A stretch of 64,000 nt of DNA from a bacterium (GTDB lineage: Bacteria; Lindowbacteria; 2-12-FULL-62-27): assembly GCA_016202645.1 (NCBI GenBank), contig JACQOF010000127.1:71714-135713 (forward strand), read 5' to 3'. The number at the start of each line of letters is the position of its first letter. The stretch's first letter is position 1. The position numbers and the translations under genes are program-made. The notes below the pieces were generated by a model that worked only from the letters and a program-made list of their open reading frames with translations, was not told where the DNA came from and did not search any database. Below, piece after piece: positions 42,982-51,044 of this stretch.

Positions 42982-43208
42982 CAGGGTTCGTCCGTCAGGA
43001 GACTGAGTCGTTTGAGTGCGGAGTCCACGTGCCGCTGGGAAACGCGGACGCGTCTCTCCAATCCGTCCCGGTGCTCGGACACTTCGGCAAGTTCCGACCG
43101 GAGCCGTTCGGTCTCCCTGCGGAGGACGACATTCTCGCGCGACAATTCCTCCGCACGGCGCAGGACCCTCTCGATCTGGCCTTCCACGCGGCTGATCAAT
43201 TCCTCCAT
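42981..43208 (-). CDS. small coiled-coil protein (ZapB-like)
   Basis: ATG 43208 (GGGGATGGAG upstream), 75 aa of heptad-rich sequence MEELISRVEGQIERVLRRAEELSRENVVLRRETERLRSELAE. Its stop overlaps the zapA start (TGATG). Confidence 0.6.
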   Translation of the reverse strand: MEELISRVEGQIERVLRRAEELSRENVVLRRETERLRSELAEVSEHRDGLERRVRVSQRHVDSALKRLSLLTDEP

Positions 43209-43316
43209 ATCTCCATCCCCCGTGTACCCCACACGCGCGGGCGGCGTCAAGGGGGGCCGGGTCGGAATGCGGCCCCGGGTTGAAATCAATGGATTTTGTG
43301 CTAGGCTTCGAGTCCG

Positions 43317-44642
43317 TTGAAGAAATTTTACATTTTCGACACGAACGTGCTCTTGCACGAACCGACCTCCATGTTTGATTTCGAGGACAACACCGTCGTC
43401 CTGCCGATTGTGGTGATCGAGGAACTCGACACATTCAAAAAGCGCGAGGATCAGGTCGGGCGGAATTCCCGCCAGGTTTCGAATGCCCTGGACGATCTGC
43501 GTCTCCAGGGGAGTCTTTCCGAAGGCGTGGACCTTCCGAGCGGCGGGAAACTTGTGATTGAACTCAAGCACCACGAACTGGCGCCCCTGCCGGAAGGCTT
43601 CGCGCAGGATAAAGCCGACAACCGGATCCTGGCCCTGGCGCTCTACTACAAGCAGAAATCCTCCGAGCCTGTGGTGCTGGTATCAAAGGATCTGAACCTC
43701 CGGATCAAGGCCGACGCGCTGGGGATACCGGCTGAGGATTACGAAAAGAACAAGATCGATCCCGAAGTTCTCTACAAGGGACACCGGGAGCTCAAGGTGA
43801 AGTTCGGCTATGTGGACCAGTTCTACAAAAACGGCGAACTGCCCCTGTCGGAATTCCCGGTCGACCCGACCCTTCTGCCGAACGAATTCGTCATGCTCAC
43901 CGATGAGACGAACCCATCGCACACCGGCCTGGCCCGGGTGAAACGCAAGAAGGACATCATTCAGAAGCTGACGTTCGACAATCCCGTGCTCTGGGGCATC
44001 AAACCCAAAAACCGCGAACAGCGGTTCGGACTCGACATCCTCCTCGACGATGACGTCAAGCTCATCAGCCTCGTGGGCATGGCCGGCACCGGAAAAACCC
44101 TGCTCGCGCTCGCCGCCGGCCTCGAAAAAGTCGTCCGCGAAGAGAAATACCAGAAACTTTTTGTCGTAAAGCCGCTCGTGCCGCTCGGCCGCGATATCGG
44201 TTATCTGCCGGGCGAGGTGGAGGAGAAGCTTCTGCCGCGCATGCAGTCGATCCAGGACAATCTCGATTTCCTCTTCTCGAATGTTTCTCACAGTGACATT
44301 GAAGGTTCCGACCTCGAGGACCTCATGGACGCCGGGATCGTCGACATCCAGGCCCTCACCTACATCCGCGGCCGGAGCATTCCGAACGTCTTCATCATCG
44401 TGGACGAGGCGCAGAATCTGACGATGCACGAGGTCAAGACCATCATCACCCGCGCCGGCCAGGGCACCAAACTCATTTTTACCGGAGACCTCGGCCAGAT
44501 CGACAACCCCTACCTCGACGCGACGTCCAACGGGCTTGCTCTCATGGTCGAACGGATGAAAGGCCAGGGCCTTTACGGACACGTGATGTTTTCCAAAGGG
44601 GAGCGCTCGGAACTTGCGGAATTGGCGGCGCAGATTCTATAG
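43317..44642 (+). CDS. PhoH-like ATPase with N-terminal PIN domain (YlaK-like)
   Basis: FYIFDTNVLLHEP (PIN), Walker A GMAGTGKTLLAL and IIVDEAQNLT. TTG start. Confidence 0.85.
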   Translation: MKKFYIFDTNVLLHEPTSMFDFEDNTVVLPIVVIEELDTFKKREDQVGRNSRQVSNALDDLRLQGSLSEGVDLPSGGKLVIELKHHELAPLPEGFAQDKADNRILALALYYKQKSSEPVVLVSKDLNLRIKADALGIPAEDYEKNKIDPEVLYKGHRELKVKFGYVDQFYKNGELPLSEFPVDPTLLPNEFVMLTDETNPSHTGLARVKRKKDIIQKLTFDNPVLWGIKPKNREQRFGLDILLDDDVKLISLVGMAGTGKTLLALAAGLEKVVREEKYQKLFVVKPLVPLGRDIGYLPGEVEEKLLPRMQSIQDNLDFLFSNVSHSDIEGSDLEDLMDAGIVDIQALTYIRGRSIPNVFIIVDEAQNLTMHEVKTIITRAGQGTKLIFTGDLGQIDNPYLDATSNGLALMVERMKGQGLYGHVMFSKGERSELAELAAQIL

Positions 44643-44645
44643 TTA

Positions 44646-44724
44646 TTCGCTATTAGCTATTGGCTATTTGCCATTGGCCAATTCCGGTTGAGCCAACAGC
44701 TAACAGCCAACAGCCAATGGCGAA
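44646..44724. repeat. imperfect 79-bp palindrome built from GC(T/C)ATTN heptamers
   Basis: Left arm ttcgctattagctattggctatttgccattggccaa. Right arm ttgagccaacagctaacagccaacagccaatggcgaa, which is the reverse-complement homologue and contains the helicase ATG 44717. A single arm recurs at 57360-57395. Confidence 0.8.
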
Positions 44725-46906
44725 CGGCACGCACACGGACCAGCTCAACCCCGCCCAGATCGAGGCGGTGAATCACACCGAGGGGCCGCTCCTGATTTTC
44801 GCCGGGGCCGGCACCGGCAAGACCCGGGTGATCACGCACCGGATCGCGCGCCTGATTTTTGAGATCGGCATTCCCCCCGAGCATATCCTTGCCGTGACCT
44901 TCACCAACAAGGCCGCCGGCGAAATGCGCGACCGGCTTGGCCGGATGTGCGGCGAGGCGGCTGCGAATAATGTTTTTTTCGGGACCTTCCACCGCTTCTG
45001 CGCCTGGATCCTGCGGCGGCATGGCGAGGCGGTCGGAGTCAAACGGCATTTCACCATCTACGACCAGGCAGACAGCCTGCATCTGGTCCGGCAGATTCTC
45101 AAATCGATGGACCGGGCGCAGGAACTCTACCGGCCTGCGGCTATTCTAAGCGTGATCGACCGCGCAAAAAATGGGCGGCGGGGCCCCGCGGACGTGGCGG
45201 CGGGCGCGGACGGCCCGGTGGAGGAGATGGCGGCGAAAATATACGTCGAATACGACCGCCGTCTGCGGGAATCGGACGCGCTTGATTTCACCGACATTCT
45301 GGTCTACGCCGTCAAGATTTTGGAAACGTCCGCGCAGGTTTTGCGCAGCCTTCAGGAGCGGTTCCAGTACATCCACGTCGACGAATACCAGGACACGAAC
45401 GCCGTCCAGTACGCGCTTCTCAAATTTCTTGCCGCGGAACACCGGAACCTCTGCGTCGTCGGCGACGACGACCAGGCCATCTACTCCTGGCGGGGCGCCA
45501 CCATCCGGAACATTTTGTCATTCAAAAAAGATTTCCCGGGCGCCCGGGAGATTTTTCTGCAGGAAAATTACCGCTCGACCCAGGGGATTTTGGATCTGGC
45601 CTACAGCATCATCCGCCACAACCGCGAGCGCGCCGACAAGCGCCTCGTCACCGAGAAGGGCCCGGGCCACGCGCCGCTGGTTTTCGCGGCGGCGGACGGA
45701 TACGACGAAGCGGCGTTTATTTCCCGGCGGATCCTGGAAAATCTGGCGGAGACGCCCTATTCCGAGATGGCGGTGTTTTTCCGGATGGCGGCGCAGTCGC
45801 GGCTCATCGAGGAGGAATTTCTCGCGCGCGGGATTCCCTACGTGGTCGTGAGCGGCGTCGGATTTTACGAGCGCCGGGAGGTGAAGGATCTTCTGGCGTA
45901 TCTGCGAGTGATCGCCAATCCCGCGGACGACGCCGCGTTTCTCAGGATACTCAACGTTCCCAAACGCGGCATCGGCGAGACCTCGGTGGCGGCGCTGGCC
46001 GAACACGCCAAAACGGCGGGCATCCCCGTTTCGGAAACGCTGAACCGGCTGGACGCCCTGCCTGTGTCGGCAGCGCTCCGCCGGCGCCTGTCGGAACTGG
46101 CGGAACTTCTTGCCGCCCTCCGGACCGAGGCGGCGAGGTCCACGCTGGAGGAAGTTCTCCGGCAGATCGTGGCGCGGACGGATTATTTCAATTTCCTGGA
46201 AAAATCCGATCCCGCCGGGTTCGAAGACCGCGCGGCAAACGTCCAGGAGTTGTACACTGTCGCGCAGGAGTTCGCCCGCCGCACGCCGGAAGCCGACGCC
46301 ACCGTACAGATGTTCATCGAGGAAATGTCCCTCCTCACCGACCTCGACCGGATGGACCCCTCCGCCGACCGAGTCTCCCTGATGACCCTGCACGCCGCCA
46401 AGGGCCTCGAGTTTTCGACCGTCTTCATGATCGGCCTTGAGGAGGGAAGCCTCCCTCACGCGTCGAGTTTCGAGTCGGACGCCGAGATGGAGGAGGAACG
46501 CCGCCTCTGCTACGTCGGCATCACGCGCGCCAAGTCGAGATTGTTTCTTTCCCACGCCTTCAGCCGCCGCATTTACGGGGAAACCCGCGACGACATCAGG
46601 CCGTCCCGGTTCCTTGACGAGGCGGGACTGATCGACGCCGGGGACATTTCCTTCATCGACACGCACGGCCGCGGCCGGCGAAACGTGGAGGACGCCAAGC
46701 CGGATCTGATCGAGCGGGTTCCGTTGGACGAGGAGACCGCCGCGTTCGGCGTTGAGCCGGGCGGCCGGGTTCGGCATCCGCTTTTCGGCGAGGGGCTTCT
46801 ACTTCGGATATCCGGCAGAGGCGAGGACGCGATGGCGACCGTTCGATTTGATCGCGCCGGCAAGAAACGGCTGAAACTCGCCTATGCCAAACTCAGCCCC
46901 GCATGA
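44717..46906 (+). CDS. ATP-dependent DNA helicase, UvrD/PcrA family
   Basis: LNPAQIEAV, AGAGTGKT, VDEYQDTN, YRS, and a C-terminal HPLFGEG...V.F Tudor-like tail. Start at ATG 44717. Confidence 0.9.
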   Translation: MANGTHTDQLNPAQIEAVNHTEGPLLIFAGAGTGKTRVITHRIARLIFEIGIPPEHILAVTFTNKAAGEMRDRLGRMCGEAAANNVFFGTFHRFCAWILRRHGEAVGVKRHFTIYDQADSLHLVRQILKSMDRAQELYRPAAILSVIDRAKNGRRGPADVAAGADGPVEEMAAKIYVEYDRRLRESDALDFTDILVYAVKILETSAQVLRSLQERFQYIHVDEYQDTNAVQYALLKFLAAEHRNLCVVGDDDQAIYSWRGATIRNILSFKKDFPGAREIFLQENYRSTQGILDLAYSIIRHNRERADKRLVTEKGPGHAPLVFAAADGYDEAAFISRRILENLAETPYSEMAVFFRMAAQSRLIEEEFLARGIPYVVVSGVGFYERREVKDLLAYLRVIANPADDAAFLRILNVPKRGIGETSVAALAEHAKTAGIPVSETLNRLDALPVSAALRRRLSELAELLAALRTEAARSTLEEVLRQIVARTDYFNFLEKSDPAGFEDRAANVQELYTVAQEFARRTPEADATVQMFIEEMSLLTDLDRMDPSADRVSLMTLHAAKGLEFSTVFMIGLEEGSLPHASSFESDAEMEEERRLCYVGITRAKSRLFLSHAFSRRIYGETRDDIRPSRFLDEAGLIDAGDISFIDTHGRGRRNVEDAKPDLIERVPLDEETAAFGVEPGGRVRHPLFGEGLLLRISGRGEDAMATVRFDRAGKKRLKLAYAKLSPA

Positions 46907-47070
46907 AGTCTTTCGGGTATTTCCTCCAGGTCATCGCCCTCATTCTTCTGCCGTCGGTTTTCGTCTGGGCCCTCATGGGAAAAATCGGCGCGCGGACCGA
47001 GCTCTCCATGCTGGCCGCGGGCGCGATCCTTTTTTACGCGGGGAATTTGTGTTCGAAGCGCAAGAGTTGA
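46903..47070 (+). CDS. 55-aa two-TM membrane protein (below the ORF-track size cutoff)
   Basis: My translation: MKSFGYFLQVIALILLPSVFVWALMGKIGARTELSMLAAGAILFYAGNLCSKRKS. Its ATG overlaps the helicase stop (ATGA), and it ends 4 nt before bioB. Confidence 0.5.
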   Translation: MKSFGYFLQVIALILLPSVFVWALMGKIGARTELSMLAAGAILFYAGNLCSKRKS

Positions 47071-47074
47071 TATA

Positions 47075-48061
47075 ATGGCTCTTTCTATGACTCCCTATCG
47101 CGAATGGGCGGACCGGGTTCTGGGAGGCGGCAGCCTCACCCGCGAAGAAGCCGGCCGGTGTCTGGAGACGCCGACGGAAGAGCTCGACGAACTCACCGAT
47201 GCGGTGTTCTCTGTCCGCAAGGCGCATTGGGGACGGCGCGTCAAAATTTGCGTGCTCAACAACATTCGGTCCGGTCTCTGCCAGGAGGATTGCGGCTACT
47301 GCTCCCAGTCGAAAGATTCCGGCGCGGACATTCCGGTCTATTCGTTGAAATCCTCCGAGGCCATTTACGAAGGCGCCCGCCGCGCCCACGAGGAAGCCGG
47401 CGCCAAACGCTACTGCATCGTGGCCAGCGGCCGCGGACCTTCGGACCGCGACATCGATCATCTGGCGGCGACGATCCAAAAAATCAGGGCCGATTTCCCG
47501 CTCGAGATATGCTGTTCGCTCGGGCTGTTGGACGAGGACAAAGCCGTCCGGCTGAAACGCGCCGGCGCCGGATGGATCAACCACAACTTGAACACAAGCG
47601 AGCGGTTTTACCCGCGAATCTGCTCGACCCATACATGGCGGGACCGCGTCAACACGATCCGCGCGGTCAAATCGGCCGGCCTGAAAACCTGTTCGGGCGG
47701 GATCGTCGGCATGGGCGAGACGGCGGACGACGTCCTTGACATGGCCTTCGCGATCCAGGACCTCGACATCGATTCCATTCCCGTCAATTTTCTACATCCA
47801 ATCGCCGGCACCCCGCTGGCCGGACGAGGCCGGACATCCATCGACTCCGGCATGGCGACGCTGTGTCTGTTCCGCCTGCTCAATCCATCCAAAGACATCC
47901 GCGCCGCGGGCGGCCGCGAGTTCACGTTCGGGCCTGATGCGTACCGGGTTCTCTACCCGGCCAACTCCATTTTTGTCGAAGGCTATCTCACGACCCCGGG
48001 CGATGAGGCCGACCAGGCCCGCCAGGCGATCGAGGAGATGGGGTTTGAGGTTGAGGCATAA
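47075..48061 (+). CDS. bioB: biotin synthase
   Basis: Radical-SAM CQEDCGYCSQS, YCIVASG, NHNLNTS and GGIVGMGE. Confidence 0.95.
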   Translation: MALSMTPYREWADRVLGGGSLTREEAGRCLETPTEELDELTDAVFSVRKAHWGRRVKICVLNNIRSGLCQEDCGYCSQSKDSGADIPVYSLKSSEAIYEGARRAHEEAGAKRYCIVASGRGPSDRDIDHLAATIQKIRADFPLEICCSLGLLDEDKAVRLKRAGAGWINHNLNTSERFYPRICSTHTWRDRVNTIRAVKSAGLKTCSGGIVGMGETADDVLDMAFAIQDLDIDSIPVNFLHPIAGTPLAGRGRTSIDSGMATLCLFRLLNPSKDIRAAGGREFTFGPDAYRVLYPANSIFVEGYLTTPGDEADQARQAIEEMGFEVEA

Positions 48062-48092
48062 CGACATTGACACATCACAAGGAGGAACGAGC

Positions 48093-48617
48093 ATGAACCT
48101 GGTAAAGTTGACGGCGTGGGCCGGCCTCGTTTGTATCGGCCTCATGGCGGCGCCGGCGGCGTCGGCGGAAATGACGGACAACTGGAAATACTCTTTCTCG
48201 TTTGGACTTAAAGACAATTTCTCAAAACCGACATTTTTCCCCGGGGCGACGTTCGGGGACTGGAAGCAAACTGCCGTCCTCAAGGCGGACCAGGGGCAAA
48301 TGGCGGCCGAGAGCCCCGGATTCCGGTATTCAGCCGGCCTGCCCTACATTTCCATGACTCTGTTCGAATGGGCCAAGTACAACCGAAACAACGAAATGAT
48401 CGGATTTCGCGGAATCAACTGGGGACTCGGATTTCAGAGCAAGAATTATTTCAAGCCGATGAGAAAACACGCCTGGAACCCCTACTGGCAGTGGGGCACG
48501 GTTTTGCTCCTCCTCCCTTACGTGGGCGTCGGCACGGAGTTTTCAACGGGCAACATCTTCTTCGAAATCGCGACCTTCTACATCATCCCGTATCCGGCCC
48601 TGGGGATTCACTTCTAG
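48093..48617 (+). CDS. small secreted aromatic-rich protein, possible OM beta-barrel
   Basis: ATG 48093 after AAGGAGGA. Signal peptide MNLVKLTAWAGLVCIGLMAAPAASA, and it ends ...YPALGIHF. Confidence 0.55.
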   Translation: MNLVKLTAWAGLVCIGLMAAPAASAEMTDNWKYSFSFGLKDNFSKPTFFPGATFGDWKQTAVLKADQGQMAAESPGFRYSAGLPYISMTLFEWAKYNRNNEMIGFRGINWGLGFQSKNYFKPMRKHAWNPYWQWGTVLLLLPYVGVGTEFSTGNIFFEIATFYIIPYPALGIHF

Positions 48618-48620
48618 ACC

Positions 48621-50423
48621 CTACTTCCGGCTTCGCCTCACGCGTTCCAGGTTCTGCCGGGCCAAGTCCATGTGCGGGTGCCGGGCGACGACATCCGCCA
48701 GGAGCGTTTCCGCTTCGACCGCGTTGCCTGTCATCCAGAGAAGTACCGCGAGGTTGTGTTTGGAGTTGACGTAGTGCGGGTCTTCTTTGAGCGCCAGCCG
48801 GTAGGCCTCGATCGCTTCTGAAAACTGTTTCGTGTTCTGATAGGAGTATCCCAGATTGTGGTGGATGCCGGCGCGGTGACGCCCCGGAACGGTTCGAAGG
48901 GCCTGCTGATAGGCTTGGCGTTCTTCTGCGCGGCGGTCCACGGACCCGTAAGCGATGCCGAGGTTGTTCCAGGAGGTCCAGTCCAGCGGCGCGATGCGCG
49001 TGGCGTCCTGCAGATACTGGATTTGAAGTTTGATATTTCCCGCCCGGCCGTATTCACCGGCCAGTTCACGGTAGGCCAGATGAGATTTCGGAAAAGCATG
49101 GATGGTCTCCTGCCAGACCGCAATCGGCGACTGCCAGGTGACGTTCCGGGCGAAGGTCAGGCCGCCCAGGACGACCACTCCGGTCCATGCGGCTTTCTGA
49201 ATCCAGTTGCCGTATCGAGACCAAGCCGACTCGATCAAAGTCGTCATCGCCCAAAACGGGCCGATCAAGGCCATGTAGAGGTGGCGGTCCGAGATCTGGT
49301 CAATCCGGGGCACAACCGAATTCGTCGGAGACAGGGCGGCCAGATACCAGCCAAGCGCAAACAGATAAATCCTTTGGCCCCTGCGATACTGCCGAACGCA
49401 GGCGCCCGTCAAGATCGTCCAGAACAAAACCGGTCCGATGACGACGAAGTCGAGTACGCCGCCTGGCAAATCGAACTGGTAGACGATCGAAAATCCCGTT
49501 GGGAAGACGGCGCGGGCCAGGCCGATGAAGAGGCAAAAGGGCTGCAAGAGCAGATAGCGGGCGGCATTCGGGACATGAAAGCCGAAGTTATCCGCGTGAT
49601 CTGTTTTGAGAAACAGGAAACCGGCGACGGATGCGGCGGCAGACAGGACACTTACCGCGAATGCCACTTTCGAAAACCGCGCGAAAGCCGGCCGGAGGAC
49701 GGCGGAGACGAGTAGATACAGCGCCGGAAGAACTACCGCCGTTTCCTTGGTCATCACCGCCAAAACCGCCAGGACCAGCGCGCCCCCAACGCGCAATGGA
49801 GAAATTTCCGTCCTGGAAATTTCTGAGACTGGAGCGTTGGGGACTGGACATCCCTGTCCGCCCCCAACGCGCAATGGAGCGGAACCGGTCCGCAGTGCCA
49901 TCAGGGCGCCGAGGAGAAACGCGGTCACGAGAAGATCCGAACGCCCGTAAATATAGGAGACAGCTTCCATCTGTGTTGGATGGACCGCAAAGAGAGCGGC
50001 GGTCAGAGCGGCCGCCGGCGCCGAGGCTCCGAACCCGCGGACGAGATACAAAACCAGCACGGCATTGATCCAGTGAAGAACCATGTTCACGATGTGAAAC
50101 CCGCCCGGGTCCGGGCGGCCCGGGGACTGTAGAAGCAACTGGAGGTACCACGTGACGTGAGTCAGGAATCGGTTCTGCTGAAAGTGCTGCGTCACGTCAT
50201 GCCAGAAGGCCTTGCCGGACACGGACGGCCAGTAATCGAGATATATCTGATAGTCGTCCAGCAGGAAGGGGATTTTTAGAGATGGGAAAAAAACAGCCGC
50301 GATCAGGATTCCCAGAACTCCGGCCCACCGGAACATCCCGGTTCCGGCGGCCTCGGCACGGGTGGGTTTGTGTTTTCGGTTCGACATCGCCCCTGATATA
50401 CAACCAACGGGACGATTGGGCAA
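48621..50423 (-). CDS. GT-C membrane glycosyltransferase with C-terminal TPR domain (TMTC/PMT-like)
   Basis: FLLDDYQIY acidic loop motif, about 10 TM segments, and C-terminal TPRs (AYRELAGEY...NNLGIAY...HHNLGYSY...KHNLAVLL). Confidence 0.7.
   Translation of the reverse strand: MPNRPVGCISGAMSNRKHKPTRAEAAGTGMFRWAGVLGILIAAVFFPSLKIPFLLDDYQIYLDYWPSVSGKAFWHDVTQHFQQNRFLTHVTWYLQLLLQSPGRPDPGGFHIVNMVLHWINAVLVLYLVRGFGASAPAAALTAALFAVHPTQMEAVSYIYGRSDLLVTAFLLGALMALRTGSAPLRVGGGQGCPVPNAPVSEISRTEISPLRVGGALVLAVLAVMTKETAVVLPALYLLVSAVLRPAFARFSKVAFAVSVLSAAASVAGFLFLKTDHADNFGFHVPNAARYLLLQPFCLFIGLARAVFPTGFSIVYQFDLPGGVLDFVVIGPVLFWTILTGACVRQYRRGQRIYLFALGWYLAALSPTNSVVPRIDQISDRHLYMALIGPFWAMTTLIESAWSRYGNWIQKAAWTGVVVLGGLTFARNVTWQSPIAVWQETIHAFPKSHLAYRELAGEYGRAGNIKLQIQYLQDATRIAPLDWTSWNNLGIAYGSVDRRAEERQAYQQALRTVPGRHRAGIHHNLGYSYQNTKQFSEAIEAYRLALKEDPHYVNSKHNLAVLLWMTGNAVEAETLLADVVARHPHMDLARQNLERVRRSRK
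49782..49879. repeat. perfect 20-bp direct repeats flanking a hairpin-rich 58-bp segment, in frame inside the glycosyltransferase gene
   Basis: gcccccaacgcgcaatggag occurs at 49782-49801 and 49860-49879. Between them lie a 9-bp stem GAAATTTCC/GGAAATTTC and gcgttgggg, which is inverted relative to ccccaacgc. The period is 78 nt (26 codons). Confidence 0.85.
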
Positions 50424-50476
50424 TCGGTTAAGGCATCTTCACGGCAAATCCGATAAGTTATACATCGGAGGTGCGG

Positions 50477-50857
50477 ATGTCACGATTCATATTTCCTCTC
50501 ATCGCCGGCCTGGTCATCGCCGTGATCTTCCAAGCCGGAGCGGCGTTCGGCGCCGGCAACAGGGACCTCGTCAACAAGTACCACGAGACTCTCGAGAAGG
50601 GCTGTCCGCCGGTGGTAGTCAAGCACACGGTGGTGGCCGGCGTTCTCGGATTTCTGCCGGGCGGCGGGATGTACTTTACCGAAAACTACGGCGCCGCCAT
50701 CCGCGACACGCTTCTGTGGCCGCTCTCGGTGCTCTGGGATCCCTTTCTGGCGGTAAGATCCGCCCGGGCTCAGAACATGCAGGCGACGATCCGGGCGTGT
50801 CAGATCAGCGAATCGAGAAAATCAGGGAGAGAGGGAGAAAGGGAGAAAGGGAGATAG
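50477..50857 (+). CDS. small membrane/secreted protein
   Basis: ATG 50477 lies 5 nt after GGAGGTG. MSRFIFPLIAGLVIAVIFQAGAAFG. The C-terminal SGREGEREKGR is encoded by the GA-rich repeat. Confidence 0.55.
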   Translation: MSRFIFPLIAGLVIAVIFQAGAAFGAGNRDLVNKYHETLEKGCPPVVVKHTVVAGVLGFLPGGGMYFTENYGAAIRDTLLWPLSVLWDPFLAVRSARAQNMQATIRACQISESRKSGREGEREKGR

Positions 50858-51041
50858 GCGGGCTTTGGGAAGTGTAACGCCTTTTCAAAGCGCCTGACCG
50901 TCGTCACTATTCAGCCCTCTCCGTCATTCCCGCGCAAGCGGGAATCCAGATGATCGCAGGGCGGACTGGATTCCCGCTTGCGCGGGAATGACGACCTGGT
51001 ACTGACTATCTCCCTTTCTCCCTCTCTCCCTTTCTCCCTCC
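50825..51041. repeat. composite nested inverted-repeat structure: GA-rich arms enclosing a REP doublet (MITE-like)
   Basis: gggagagagggagaaagggagaaagggagata (50825-50856) against tatctccctttctccctctctccctttctccctcc (51007-41), with the REP doublet 50923-50992 between them. Confidence 0.75.
50923..50992. repeat. REP doublet with GCAA/TTGC loops
   Basis: gtcattcccgcgcaagcgggaatccag-atgatcgcagggcgga-ctggattcccgcttgcgcgggaatgac. Confidence 0.9.
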
Positions 51042-51044
51042 CAA

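Noticed and set aside
44717-46906. PIN-PhoH ATPase plus UvrD-family helicase as a defence pair (Gabija/Hachiman-like).
   Set aside because: Both proteins have the full-length housekeeping architectures (YlaK-type PIN-PhoH; PcrA/UvrD with its C-terminal Tudor-like tail). They are separated by a repeat palindrome and flanked by core genes (zapA, bioB).
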